Positions 29,506-39,392 of a stretch of DNA of 61,843 nucleotides are shown here, in pieces (positions within the stretch are counted from its first letter, which is position 1; the number at the start of each line of letters is the position of its first letter). The notes under the pieces are model-generated. The model did not search any database and was not told the DNA's origin. It worked only from the letters and a program-made list of their open reading frames with translations. This DNA comes from Actinomycetales bacterium (lineage in GTDB: Bacteria > Actinomycetota > Actinomycetes > Actinomycetales > CAVURS01). The stretch is from assembly GCA_045807245.1 (NCBI GenBank), contig JBJMHS010000036.1, positions 64,303 through 126,145 of the forward strand. The letters are read 5' to 3'. A program made the position numbers and the translations under genes.

Positions 29506-30897
29506 GTGTCCGACCCGGGCTCGCAGGATCCGGTCTTCGACGTCGTCATCCTCGGCGGTGGGAGCGGGGGCTACGCCTGCGCATTCCGGGCGGCCGAGCT
29601 CGGCCTGTCGGTCGCCCTCGTCGAGGTGGACAAGGTGGGCGGCACCTGCCTGCACTACGGCTGCATCCCGACCAAGGCCCTGCTGCACGCGGCCGAGGTG
29701 GCCGACAACGCCCGCGAAGGCGCAGGGTTCGGCGTGCGGTCCACGCTCGAGGGCATCGACATGGCCGGCGTCAACGCCTACAAGGACGGTGTGGTCGAGC
29801 GGCTCTACAAGGGGCTGCAGGGTCTGGTGAAGGCCCACAAGGTCGAGCTGGTCGAGGGCTGGGGCCGGCTGGTCGACAAGAACACGGTCGAGGTCGGCGA
29901 CCGCCAGGTCCGTGGTCGCAACATCGTCCTCGCGTCCGGCTCCTACGCCCGCACCCTGCCCGGCCTGACCATCGAGGGGCGGGTCATCACCAGCGACCAG
30001 GCGCTCAAGCTCGAGTGGGTCCCCCAGTCGGTCGTGATCATCGGTGGCAGCGTCATCGGGGTCGAGTTCGCGAGCGTCTGGAAGTCCTTCGGCGCGGACG
30101 TCCACATCGTCGAGGCGCTGCCGCGGCTGGTGCCGCTCGAGGACGAGTCGCTGTCCAAGCAGCTGGAGCGCGCGTTCCGCCGCCGCAAGATCAACTTCAC
30201 GACCGGGGTGAAGTTCTCCGGGGTGACTCAGGACGACTCCGGCTGCCGGGTGTCCCTGGAGAACGGTACGACGATCGAGACGGACCTCGTCCTGGTCGCC
30301 GTCGGGCGCGGTCCCCGTTCTGGCGGCCTGGGCTTCGAGGAGACCGGCATCACCGTCGACCGCGGGTGGGTCATCACCGACGAGCGCCTCCACACCAGCG
30401 TCGAGAACGTGTACGCCGTGGGTGACCTGGTGCCCGGGCTGCAGCTCGCGCACCGCGGTTTCGCGCACGGCATCTTCGTCGCCGAGGAGATCGCCGGACT
30501 CAGGCCGGTGCCGATCGTCGACTCGGGCATCCCGCGGGTGACCTACTGCGACCCGGAGATCGCCTCGGTCGGACTGACCGAAGCGCAGGCCAAGGAGAGG
30601 TACGGCGACGACGGCGTCACGTCGTACGAGTACAACCTCGGTGGCAACGGCAAGAGCCAGATCCTCAAGACCGCGGGGATCGTCAAGGTCGTCAGCGAGA
30701 AGGACGGCCCGGTGGTCGGCGTCCACATGGCCGGCGCCCGGATGGGCGAGCAGGTCGGCGAGGCCTCGCTCATCGTGAACTGGGAGGCGTTCCCCGCCGA
30801 GGTGGCCCAGTTCGTGCACGCCCACCCGACCCAGAACGAGGCGCTCGGCGAGGCCCATCTCGCCCTGGCCGGCAAGCCACTCCACACGCACGACTGA
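29506..30897 (+). CDS. lpdA: Dihydrolipoamide dehydrogenase
   Basis: GGGSGGY, GGTCLHYGCIPTK, HAHPTQNE. Confidence 0.97.
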   Translation: MSDPGSQDPVFDVVILGGGSGGYACAFRAAELGLSVALVEVDKVGGTCLHYGCIPTKALLHAAEVADNAREGAGFGVRSTLEGIDMAGVNAYKDGVVERLYKGLQGLVKAHKVELVEGWGRLVDKNTVEVGDRQVRGRNIVLASGSYARTLPGLTIEGRVITSDQALKLEWVPQSVVIIGGSVIGVEFASVWKSFGADVHIVEALPRLVPLEDESLSKQLERAFRRRKINFTTGVKFSGVTQDDSGCRVSLENGTTIETDLVLVAVGRGPRSGGLGFEETGITVDRGWVITDERLHTSVENVYAVGDLVPGLQLAHRGFAHGIFVAEEIAGLRPVPIVDSGIPRVTYCDPEIASVGLTEAQAKERYGDDGVTSYEYNLGGNGKSQILKTAGIVKVVSEKDGPVVGVHMAGARMGEQVGEASLIVNWEAFPAEVAQFVHAHPTQNEALGEAHLALAGKPLHTHD

Positions 30898-30992
30898 CCA
30901 GCGCGACAGGGCGGCCGAGGGCCTAGGCTCGCGGCAGTCGGCCGTAACGCCACGACTCCGGCGTCGCCGGGACCGGAAGGAGACACCAGCCC

Positions 30993-32930
30993 ATGTCTGA
31001 GCGGGTGACTATGCCAGCACTCGGTGAGTCCGTCACCGAGGGCACCGTGACCCGGTGGCTCAAGCAGGTCGGCGACACCGTGGCCGTCGACGAGCCGCTG
31101 CTGGAGGTCTCCACCGACAAGGTCGACACCGAGATCCCGTCGCCGGTCGCCGGCACGCTGCAGGAGATCCTCGTCGGCGAGGACGCCACCGTCCCGGTCG
31201 GAGCCGACCTTGCCGTGATCGGCGACGGCGCGGCCCCGTCGGCCGATGCGACGGAGGAGCAGCCGGCAGAGCAGCGAGAGCAGCCCGCCGAGCCGCCGTC
31301 GGCCGAGCAGCCGTCGGAAGCGTCCGCCGAGCAGCCGTCGGAAGCGCCGGCCGAGCAGCCGGCGGCCGCCGCGCAGCCCGAGGAGTCGCAGGAGGACGTC
31401 CCGGAACCGTCCGCCGCCGAACAGCAGGGCAGCGAGCCGGCCGCGAGGCAGCCGGCCCACAGGGGTCCGAGCGACGGCAGCGGTACGACGGTCACCATGC
31501 CGGCGCTCGGCGAGTCCGTCACCGAGGGCACGGTGACGCGCTGGCTCAAGGCCGAGGGTGACACCGTCGAGGTGGACGAGCCGTTGCTCGAGGTCTCGAC
31601 CGACAAGGTCGACACCGAGGTGCCGTCGCCGGCCGCCGGCACGGTGCAGCGGCTCCTCGTCGGCGAGGACGAGACGGTGCCCGTCGGTGCAGAGCTGGCC
31701 GTGATCGGGACCGGGTCCGGTGCTGCCGCAGCGCCTGCCGCGGAGCAGCCACCCGAGCAGCAGCCGGCCGCAGAAGAGAAGGCGGCGGAGCAGCCCGCGC
31801 CCGAGCGGCCCGCCGAACCGGCGGACCAGCAGCCGCAAGGCCAGGAAAAGTCTCAGGACGAGACTCCGCGCGAGGCTGCCCAAGAGACGCGGCAAGAGGA
31901 GCGGCAAGAGGCGCCCGCGCAGACGTCCGCCACGCCGTCCTCGGCGCCGTCGACCGCTCAGCCCGGTGTGGCCCGCGAGGTCGGCGACGCCGCGTCGTAC
32001 GTCACGCCCTTGGTGCGCAAGCTGGCCGGCGAGCACCACGTCGACCTGGCCGAGGTGACCGGCACCGGGGTCGGTGGCCGGATCCGCAAGCAGGACGTCC
32101 TGGACGTGGCGAAGGCCCGCGAGGCCGCCGCCCCGGCGGCTCCGGAACCGGCGGCAGCATCCACCGCGCCCGCCCCAACGGCCCGGGCCCAGACCAGCCC
32201 GGAGGTCGCGGCCAAGCGCGGCACGACGGAGAAGATGACGCGCCTGCGCAAGGTGATCGCCCAGCGCATGGTCGAGTCACTGCAGGTCTCGGCCCAGCTG
32301 ACGACGGTCGTGGAGGTCGACGTCACGAAGATCTCCCGGCTGCGCAACCGGGCCAAGAACGACTTCCAGGCCCGCGAGGGCGTCAAGCTGTCGTTCCTGC
32401 CGTTCTTCGCGCTCGCCGTCGTGGAGGCGCTCAAGATCCACCCGATGGTCAACGCGAGCATCGAGGGCGACGAGATCACGTACCACGGCCAGGAGAACCT
32501 GGGCATCGCCGTCGACACCGAGCGCGGCCTGCTCGTGCCGGTCATCAAGGACGCAGGCGACCTCAACATCGCCGGGCTGGCCCGCAGGATCGCCGACCTG
32601 GCCGAGCGCACGAGGACCAACAAGATCGTCCCGGACGAGCTCGGCGGCGGGACCTTCACGCTGACGAACACGGGCAGCCGCGGCGCCCTGTTCGACACCC
32701 CGATCATCAACCAGCCGCAGGTCGGCATCCTGGGCACGGGCTCGGTCGTGCGCAAGCCGGTGGTGGTCAACGACCCGGAGGGCGGCGAGACGATCGCCAT
32801 CCGGTCGATGGTCTATCTGGCCCTGTCCTACGACCACCGGCTGGTGGACGGCGCGGACGCCGCGCGGTTCCTCACCACGGTCAAGGAGCGGCTCGAGGAG
32901 GGCGCGTTCGACTCCGACCTCGGGCTCTGA
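30993..32930 (+). CDS. sucB: 2-oxo-acid dehydrogenase E2 (DlaT/SucB) with two lipoyl domains
   Basis: Two VSTDKVDTE lipoyl domains, [18 protein letters not shown] binding domain, SYDHRLVDG. Confidence 0.96.
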   Translation: MSERVTMPALGESVTEGTVTRWLKQVGDTVAVDEPLLEVSTDKVDTEIPSPVAGTLQEILVGEDATVPVGADLAVIGDGAAPSADATEEQPAEQREQPAEPPSAEQPSEASAEQPSEAPAEQPAAAAQPEESQEDVPEPSAAEQQGSEPAARQPAHRGPSDGSGTTVTMPALGESVTEGTVTRWLKAEGDTVEVDEPLLEVSTDKVDTEVPSPAAGTVQRLLVGEDETVPVGAELAVIGTGSGAAAAPAAEQPPEQQPAAEEKAAEQPAPERPAEPADQQPQGQEKSQDETPREAAQETRQEERQEAPAQTSATPSSAPSTAQPGVAREVGDAASYVTPLVRKLAGEHHVDLAEVTGTGVGGRIRKQDVLDVAKAREAAAPAAPEPAAASTAPAPTARAQTSPEVAAKRGTTEKMTRLRKVIAQRMVESLQVSAQLTTVVEVDVTKISRLRNRAKNDFQAREGVKLSFLPFFALAVVEALKIHPMVNASIEGDEITYHGQENLGIAVDTERGLLVPVIKDAGDLNIAGLARRIADLAERTRTNKIVPDELGGGTFTLTNTGSRGALFDTPIINQPQVGILGTGSVVRKPVVVNDPEGGETIAIRSMVYLALSYDHRLVDGADAARFLTTVKERLEEGAFDSDLGL

Positions 32931-32999
32931 CCGCGAAGGCGCCCGCCGGAGTCGCTTCACGCTGATGCCCGACGCGTCTCGCCGGGCGAGGATGGCGCT

Positions 33000-33917
33000 A
33001 TGGACATCGCCGTCACGGGCACCTCGGGTCTCATCGGCGGCGCCCTCGTCGGGCGGCTGCGTGCGAACGGGCACACCGTCCGCCGGCTGGTCCGTCCGGG
33101 ACGGCCTCTGGGGCCGGACCAGGTCCGCTGGGACCCCACCACCGGCGAGGTCGACCTCGACGGGCTGGCCGGTGTCGACGGCGTGGTGCACCTGGCCGGA
33201 GCGGGCATCGGCAAGCACCGCTGGACCGAGCGGTACCGCGCCGAGATCCTGCGCTCCCGGGTCGACGGCACGCGCGCCATCGTCCGGGCCATGGGTGCGC
33301 TGGACCCTCGTCCGTCGGTGCTGGTGTCAGGCTCGGCCGTCGGCTGGTACGGCGACCGCGGCGACGAGCTCCTGACCGAGGCGTCCAGCGCGGGTAGCGG
33401 GTTCCTGGCCGGCGTGGCCCAGGCCTGGGAGGACGAGGCGGTGCGGGCCCGAGACCACGGCATCCGCGTCGTGACCAGCCGCACCGGCATCGTCCTGACC
33501 CCGGACGGCGGCGCCCTCGGACCGCTGCTCCTGCTGGTGAAGGCCGGCCTCAGCGGCCCGCTCGGGTCCGGCCGGCAGTGGTGGAGCTGGATCACCCTCG
33601 AGGACGAGCTGCGGGCCTTGGAGCACCTGCTCACCCACGACGTCACCGGCCCGGTGAACGTCACCAGCCCCCGACCGGCGCGTCAGGCCGAGATCGTCCG
33701 GGCGCTGGCCCGGGCCAAGCATCGGCCCAGTGTGGTGCCGGCACCGGCGTTCGCGCTGCGTATCGCGCTGGGACGGATGGCCGACGACCTGGTGCTGGGC
33801 AGCCAGCGAGCCCTGCCGACCCGGCTCGCAGAGCACGGTTTCCAGTTCACGTACGAGGACCTCGACACCGCAGCGCGCTGGGTCGCCGACGGAGCCGGAG
33901 CAGCCAGAGCCGGCTGA
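33000..33917 (+). CDS. TIGR01777-family epimerase/oxidoreductase
   Basis: TGTSGLIG, HLAGAGI, SAVGWYG, GSGRQWWSWI; Rv2216 synteny. Confidence 0.93.
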   Translation: MDIAVTGTSGLIGGALVGRLRANGHTVRRLVRPGRPLGPDQVRWDPTTGEVDLDGLAGVDGVVHLAGAGIGKHRWTERYRAEILRSRVDGTRAIVRAMGALDPRPSVLVSGSAVGWYGDRGDELLTEASSAGSGFLAGVAQAWEDEAVRARDHGIRVVTSRTGIVLTPDGGALGPLLLLVKAGLSGPLGSGRQWWSWITLEDELRALEHLLTHDVTGPVNVTSPRPARQAEIVRALARAKHRPSVVPAPAFALRIALGRMADDLVLGSQRALPTRLAEHGFQFTYEDLDTAARWVADGAGAARAG

Positions 33918-33939
33918 GGCGCCTGGATAAGGTCGCCCG

Positions 33940-34677
33940 GTGACCGCAGACGCACCCACCATCCTCGGCACGTCAGGCGGCCTGCGCATGGGCGATCGCA
34001 CCCGGGTCCGGTTCGCCGCGCTGGTCCACTACGCCGTCGAGCTGTCCGGCGTGAACGGCCGGGCGCCGCGCATCGCCCACCTCGGCACCGCGCTCGGGGA
34101 CCAGCGTCATTGGCACGCCGAGCTGGACGAGGCCGCGCGGGCCGACGGCTTCGACCTGACCCACCTCAACCTGTTCCCGATGCCGAGCGTGGACGATGTC
34201 GAGGCCTATCTCATGGAGCAGGACGTCGTCTGGGTCGGTGGCGGCTCCGTGGTCAACCTGCTGGCCGTGTGGCGGGCCCACGGACTGGACGAGATCTTCG
34301 GCCGCGTCTGGCAGGCCGGCGTCGTGCTGTCCGGGGTGAGCGCCGGGTCGCTGTGCTGGCACCGCGGGGGGACGACGGACTCGTACGGTCCCGACCTGGA
34401 CCCGGTGACGAACGGGTTAGGACTCTTGCCCTATGACAATGGAGTCCATTTCGACTCGGAACAACGCCGGCGGCCTCTGGTTCACGGGCTGGTCGCGGAC
34501 GGCACGCTCGGCACGACGTACTGCACGGACGACGGGGTCGGCTTGCTGTACCGCGGCACCGACCTGGTCGAGACGGTCACCGAGGTGCCGGGCAAGGGCG
34601 CGTACGTCGTCCGGCGCGACGGCGAGGAGGTCGTCGAAGAGCGCCTCGAGCCACGCCTGCTCTCGCCGCCCGGATAG
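33940..34677 (+). CDS. Peptidase E (S51)
   Basis: WVGGGS, GVSAGS, TTDSYG, GVHFDSE. Confidence 0.88.
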   Translation: MTADAPTILGTSGGLRMGDRTRVRFAALVHYAVELSGVNGRAPRIAHLGTALGDQRHWHAELDEAARADGFDLTHLNLFPMPSVDDVEAYLMEQDVVWVGGGSVVNLLAVWRAHGLDEIFGRVWQAGVVLSGVSAGSLCWHRGGTTDSYGPDLDPVTNGLGLLPYDNGVHFDSEQRRRPLVHGLVADGTLGTTYCTDDGVGLLYRGTDLVETVTEVPGKGAYVVRRDGEEVVEERLEPRLLSPPG

Positions 34678-34695
34678 CCGGCGTACCGTGGACGG

Positions 34696-35355
34696 GTGCT
34701 GGAGATCCGCGACCTGGGCCTCGTCGAGTACCTCGATGCGTGGGAGCTGCAACGCTCCGTCCACGCGGATGTCGTCTCCGGTGCCGGTCCGGACACGCTG
34801 CTGCTGCTCGAGCACCCGCCGGTCTACACCGCGGGCAAGCGGACGGAGCCGCACGAGCGGCCGTTCGACGGCACGCCGGTCGTCGACGTCGACCGTGGCG
34901 GGAAGATCACCTGGCACGGGCCCGGCCAGATCGTCGGCTACCCGATCGTCCGCCTGCCGGAGCCGGTCGACGTGGTCGGGCACGTCCGCCGTCTCGAGCA
35001 GGCTCTGATCGAGGCCTGCGCCGACCTGGGGGTCGAGAGCGGGCGGGTCGAGGGACGCAGCGGGGTCTGGGTGCCGGCCGACGCGCGCGGTCCGGCCCGC
35101 AAGATCGCGGCGATCGGGATCCGCGTGGCGCAGGGCGTCACGATGCACGGGTTCGCGCTGAACTGTGACTGCGACCTGGGCGCGTTCAGCCGGATCGTGC
35201 CCTGCGGCATCGCGGACGCCGGCGTGACGTCACTGTCGGCCGAGCTCGGCCGCGACGTGACGACGCGGGAGGCACTGCCGTACGTCGAGCGCCGGATGTC
35301 CGGCGTGCTCGGGACGTCGGGGCTCAGCCCGCGTCGTGCTCCCGCGCCTGCGTGA
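34696..35355 (+). CDS. lipB: Octanoyltransferase
   Basis: [38 protein letters not shown]. Confidence 0.96.
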   Translation: MLEIRDLGLVEYLDAWELQRSVHADVVSGAGPDTLLLLEHPPVYTAGKRTEPHERPFDGTPVVDVDRGGKITWHGPGQIVGYPIVRLPEPVDVVGHVRRLEQALIEACADLGVESGRVEGRSGVWVPADARGPARKIAAIGIRVAQGVTMHGFALNCDCDLGAFSRIVPCGIADAGVTSLSAELGRDVTTREALPYVERRMSGVLGTSGLSPRRAPAPA

Positions 35356-35473
35356 CCAGCCCGAGCACCAGACCGGCCACCAGGCCGATCAGCGAGGACA
35401 TGGCGGTGGCCCGCATGACGGGGTGCGCGACCTGAGCGCGCTCGCTCACCGGGGTCAGGGTCGTGCTGCTCAT
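35324..35473 (-). CDS. 49-aa small single-pass membrane protein (not in ORF track)
   Basis: [60 protein letters not shown]; near-uniform G/C at third positions. Confidence 0.65.
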   Translation of the reverse strand: MSSTTLTPVSERAQVAHPVMRATAMSSLIGLVAGLVLGLVTQAREHDAG

Positions 35474-35522
35474 CGGCACCTCCTCCAGGGTTCGCGCCGG
35501 GCGGCGGCCCGGCGTACTTCCC

Positions 35523-35551
35523 TATCGGCAGAAACCCCGCTCGGGCTTGAG
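35523..35551 (-). promoter_or_regulatory. Sigma-28 (FliA/WhiG)-like promoter
   Basis: CTCAAG-N16-GCCGATA upstream of the 49-aa ORF. Confidence 0.6.
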
Positions 35552-35559
35552 CCCGTGCG

Positions 35560-36507
35560 TCAGCGCAGCTGGGGCACGACCTCGGCGGCGACGAGGTCGA
35601 GGTGGCCCAGGTCGGCCAGGCCGTTGAGCTGCAGGTAGAAGCGGGTGGCCCCGATCTCGGCGAACTGGCCGATCCGCTCGACGACCTCGGCCGGTGACCC
35701 GGCGAACGCCTCGGCGTCCCGCAGCGAGGCCGCGTCGCCGTTGGCGTCGGCGGCGCGGCGGTTCACGTCGGCCTCGGTCGCGCCGCAGGCCAGGATGTGA
35801 GCGACCGACATGACCAGGTCGTCGGGGTCGCGCTCGATGTCGGCGCAGGCCGAGCGCGCACCGGCGAACAGCCCGGACACCTCCCGCGGCCCCGAGAAGC
35901 CCACGTTGAACTCCGCGGCGTACCGGGCTGCGAGGGCCGGCGTACGCCGCTTGCCATGCCCCCCGACGATGACCGGCGGTGGCGACTGCACCGGCTTGGG
36001 CAGCGCCGGTGAGTCGAAGAGCTGGTAGTGCTTGCCGTCGTAGCTGAACCGCTCCCCTGGCGGGGTCCCCCACAGACCGGTCACGATCGCCAGCTGCTCC
36101 TCCAGCCGGTCGAACCGCTCCGGTGTCTCCGGGAACGGGATGCCGTACGCCTCGTGCTCCTCCGCGAACCAGCCGGCACCGAGCCCGAGCTCCACCCGGC
36201 CACCCGACATCGCGTCCACGCCCGCGACCTGGATGGCCAGGATGCCGGGCAGGCGGAACGTCGCCGAGGTGACCAGCGTGCCGAGCCGCAGCCGCGTCGT
36301 CTCCCGGGCCAGGCCGGCCAAGGTGGTCCAGGCGTCGGTCGGCCCCGGCTCGCCGGCGTGGCCGTGCGCGGCCCACTCGCCCATGAACAGGTAGTGGTCG
36401 GAGCGGAAGAACCCGTCGAACCCGAGCTCCTCGGCATGCTGCGCGACCCGGAGGAGGTCGTCGTACGACGCGCCCTGCTGAGGCTCGACGAAGACACGGA
36501 AGTCCAT
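35560..36507 (-). CDS. LLM-class F420-dependent oxidoreductase
   Basis: [32 protein letters not shown]. Confidence 0.9.
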   Translation of the reverse strand: MDFRVFVEPQQGASYDDLLRVAQHAEELGFDGFFRSDHYLFMGEWAAHGHAGEPGPTDAWTTLAGLARETTRLRLGTLVTSATFRLPGILAIQVAGVDAMSGGRVELGLGAGWFAEEHEAYGIPFPETPERFDRLEEQLAIVTGLWGTPPGERFSYDGKHYQLFDSPALPKPVQSPPPVIVGGHGKRRTPALAARYAAEFNVGFSGPREVSGLFAGARSACADIERDPDDLVMSVAHILACGATEADVNRRAADANGDAASLRDAEAFAGSPAEVVERIGQFAEIGATRFYLQLNGLADLGHLDLVAAEVVPQLR

Positions 36508-36575
36508 GGCGCGCCACCCTAGGCCCGCCCGCGGGCGAGCCACGCGCAGGCTTACCCTGGACCGGTGAGGGCACT

Positions 36576-37625
36576 GTGACAGTCGCACCCGAAGGCCGCC
36601 GCATGTTGCGGGTCGAGGCGCGCAACGCCGAGACGCCGATCGAGCGCAAGCCGTCGTGGATCAAGACCAAGGCCACGATGGGGCCGGAGTACTCCGAGCT
36701 GCACGCGCTGGTCAAGCGCGAAGGCCTGCACACGGTCTGCCAGGAGGCGGGCTGCCCCAACATCTTCGAGTGCTGGGAGGACCGCGAGGCCACCTTCCTC
36801 ATCGGCGGCGAGCAGTGCACCCGGCGATGCGACTTCTGCCAGATCGACACCGGCCGGCCGTCGCCCCTCGACCGTGACGAGCCACGTCGCGTCGCGGCGA
36901 GCGTGCAGGCGATGGGGCTGCGCTACGCCACGATCACGGGCGTCGCGCGGGACGACCTCGAGGACGAGGGCGCGTGGCTGTACGCCGAGACGATCCGCCA
37001 GGTCCACGCGGTCAACCCCCGCACGGGTGTCGAGATCCTCGTCCCGGACTTCTCCGGCAGGCCCGAGCTCCTGCAGCAGGTCTTCGACGCCGCACCCGAG
37101 GTGTTCGCCCACAACGTCGAGACCGTGCCCAGGATCTTCAAGCGGATCCGGCCGGCGTTCCGCTACGAGCGCTCGCTGGAGGTCATCGCCATGGGCCGCG
37201 CGGCCGGGCTGGTCACCAAGTCGAACCTCATCCTCGGCATGGGTGAGACGCGCGAGGAGGTCAGCACCGCGCTGCACGACCTGTACGACGCGGGCACGGA
37301 CCTGCTCACCATCACCCAGTACCTGCGGCCCAGCCCGCGCCATCACCCGGTGGACCGTTGGGTGAGACCCGAAGAGTTCGTGGAGCTCGCGGCCGAGGCC
37401 GAGGCCCTCGGCTTCGCCGGCGTGATGGCCGGCCCGCTGGTGCGCTCGTCGTACCGCGCCGGGCGGCTGTGGGCCCAGGCGATGCACCGCCGTGGCCGGC
37501 CGATCCCCCAGCCCTTGGCCCACCTGACCCAGCAGGGCAGCGCCCGGCAGGAGGCGGCCAGCCTGGTCGCCGCGCAGGCGGTCCGGGCGGCCGGCCAGCC
37601 GACGGCCGCGCGCGCCGTATCCTGA
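36576..37625 (+). CDS. lipA: Lipoyl synthase
   Basis: [24 protein letters not shown]. Confidence 0.97.
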   Translation: MTVAPEGRRMLRVEARNAETPIERKPSWIKTKATMGPEYSELHALVKREGLHTVCQEAGCPNIFECWEDREATFLIGGEQCTRRCDFCQIDTGRPSPLDRDEPRRVAASVQAMGLRYATITGVARDDLEDEGAWLYAETIRQVHAVNPRTGVEILVPDFSGRPELLQQVFDAAPEVFAHNVETVPRIFKRIRPAFRYERSLEVIAMGRAAGLVTKSNLILGMGETREEVSTALHDLYDAGTDLLTITQYLRPSPRHHPVDRWVRPEEFVELAAEAEALGFAGVMAGPLVRSSYRAGRLWAQAMHRRGRPIPQPLAHLTQQGSARQEAASLVAAQAVRAAGQPTAARAVS

Positions 37626-37630
37626 GCGGC

Positions 37631-38398
37631 ATGGCCAGCGAGGACCGAGCAGCACGACAGGCCGCGAAAGCGGCAGCGAAGGCGGACAAAGCCGCCGCCA
37701 AGGCGGCGAAGAAGCCCGGCCGCTTCGCGCAGGTCCGGCAGGTCTACACGGCCTCCCGCCAGGTCGACCGGGCCATCACCTGGTGGATGCTGGGCAGCGC
37801 CCTGGTCGTCATCGGCCTCCTCACCCTGGTCGGCTTCCTGCTCGGGCACTGGCTGTACGCCCTGATCATCAGCCTGCCGCTGGGCCTGCTCGCCGCGGTG
37901 ATCGTCATGGGCCGGCGAGCCGAGCGCGCGGCGTACAAGCGGATCGCTGGGCAGCCGGGCGCGGCAGGTGCGGCGCTGACGGCGCTGCGCCGCGGCTGGT
38001 ACTACGACCAGGAGCCGGTGGCCGTGGAGGCGACCAAGCCGAACGACCTGACCGGGGCCGCGTTGGTCTTCCGGGCGGTCGGGCGCCCTGGCGTGGTGTT
38101 GCTCAGCGAGGGGCCGCTCTCGCGGGCGACGCGCCTGGCCGAGTCCGAGCGCAAGAAGGTGAACCGGGTCGTGCCGAATGTCCCGGTCCACGTGCTACGG
38201 ATCGGTGCCGGCGAGGACGAGGTGCCCGTGGCCCGGGTGGCCAAGCGGCTGACCCGGATGAAGCCCTCGCTCACCAAGCCCGAGGTCGATGCCGTCAACA
38301 AGCGGCTCAAGGCGCTGGGCGGCATGAAGATGCCGGTCCCCAAGGGCATGGACCCGACTCGGGCCCGGGTCGACCGCAAGGCTCTGCGCGGCCGCTGA
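37631..38398 (+). CDS. DUF4191 membrane protein (Rv2219-like)
   Basis: Two TM helices, GQPGAA, FRAVGRPGVVL, PVPKGMDP; synteny. Confidence 0.9.
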   Translation: MASEDRAARQAAKAAAKADKAAAKAAKKPGRFAQVRQVYTASRQVDRAITWWMLGSALVVIGLLTLVGFLLGHWLYALIISLPLGLLAAVIVMGRRAERAAYKRIAGQPGAAGAALTALRRGWYYDQEPVAVEATKPNDLTGAALVFRAVGRPGVVLLSEGPLSRATRLAESERKKVNRVVPNVPVHVLRIGAGEDEVPVARVAKRLTRMKPSLTKPEVDAVNKRLKALGGMKMPVPKGMDPTRARVDRKALRGR

Positions 38399-38440
38399 CG
38401 TCGGCTGACATCGGACGTCGGCTGACGTCGGCTGAGGTCG
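38394..38440 (+). repeat. Imperfect 10-bp tandem repeat (GCTGACGTCG), about 4.7 units
   Basis: gctgacgtcg gctgacatcg gacgtcg gctgacgtcg gctgaggtcg. Confidence 0.85.
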
Positions 38441-38514
38441 GGCGCGGCGGGACTGGCACGCGATCTTCTCTTCGTCGCCACCACGCCGAAACATCGCTGC
38501 GGTTGGCTTTGTCC

Positions 38515-38736
38515 ATGCGCGCGACACGTCACCTGGGCCTGGTCACCGCTATCGGCCGCAGCATCGACCGCTCCGTCTGCAATGGAGCCGTGGCCAACGC
38601 CGCCCGCTCGGTGAGCCAGGACCGGGAGCGCGCGGACCAGCGGCGGGAGGCCTGGCTCGCCGTGCACCAGGTGGAGGCCCAGCCGGAGCGGCTCGCGCCG
38701 AGCGTGACGCTGCCGAGCCCGCGTCGCACCGGCTGA
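38515..38736 (+). CDS. Small hypothetical protein (73 aa)
   Basis: MRATRHLGLVTAIGRS...PSPRRTG; high GC3; fills the DUF4191-RDD gap. Confidence 0.5.
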   Translation: MRATRHLGLVTAIGRSIDRSVCNGAVANAARSVSQDRERADQRREAWLAVHQVEAQPERLAPSVTLPSPRRTG

Positions 38737-38738
38737 GG

Positions 38739-39206
38739 TCAGATCCGGACCAGGACAGTCCCGGCGAACCGGTCGTGCAGGCCGCGCTGGTCGCGGTCCC
38801 AGATCACGGCGGGGACCACCAGGCAGAGCAGGACCGAGCGGACGAGGGCGCGCACCGGGCCCGGCAGACCATGCCCGTCCACGCGCACGACGCGCAGCCC
38901 GAGCAGGCGATGCCCCACGGTGGAGCCGACGCTGCCGACCAGCAGCAGGTTCTCCACCGCGAACACCATCAGCGGCACGAAGTCCCGCACGTCACCCGTC
39001 GCACGCCCGAACCGGAAGCCGAACAGCGTGGCGATCAGCTCGCAGAGGAAGAAGTCCACCACGATGGCCAGCGCGCGGCGGCCGACACCGGCGACCGACC
39101 CGGCACCTTCGGCCGGCAGCCCGAGCCGGGTGCCGGGCGGCTGAGCGTCGGGGTTGCGGCTCCCCGGACCCTGGAGCCACGAGCCGATGTCCTGCCGGTC
39201 GACCAT
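38739..39206 (-). CDS. RDD-family membrane protein
   Basis: GRRALAIVVD, TVGHRLLGLRVV, DQRGLHDRFAGT. Confidence 0.92.
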   Translation of the reverse strand: MVDRQDIGSWLQGPGSRNPDAQPPGTRLGLPAEGAGSVAGVGRRALAIVVDFFLCELIATLFGFRFGRATGDVRDFVPLMVFAVENLLLVGSVGSTVGHRLLGLRVVRVDGHGLPGPVRALVRSVLLCLVVPAVIWDRDQRGLHDRFAGTVLVRI

Positions 39207-39264
39207 GCGGGCCAGGCTACTTGGGGCGTCTCAGGGGTCGGCGGCGAGCGGTCCGCCCGGGTCG

Positions 39265-39333
39265 GCAACCTCACCGTCACGTAGGCGGGGGCCTGGTAAC
39301 AGGCCCGAAACATCGGGGACACTGAGCGGACAC
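39265..39333 (+). promoter_or_regulatory. GlnR boxes upstream of glnA
   Basis: GTAAC-N6-GAAAC-N6-GACAC-N6-GACAC (39296-39333) plus GCAAC-N6-GTCAC (39265-39280), matching gTnAc-n6-GaAAc. Confidence 0.8.
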
Positions 39334-39392
39334 TGCCGTTTCCTAGCGTGCAGACCGTGAGCGGCAGTGGGCCCTTGCCTGGAGGAGGTTGG

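Noticed and set aside
31255..31445. AEQPSEA-type repeats in sucB, and the 15-bp GQSGN duplication in xdhA (12634-12663)
   Set aside because: Ordinary low-complexity linker expansions.
38394..38440. CRISPR-like array
   Set aside because: 10-bp units with no spacers and no cas genes.
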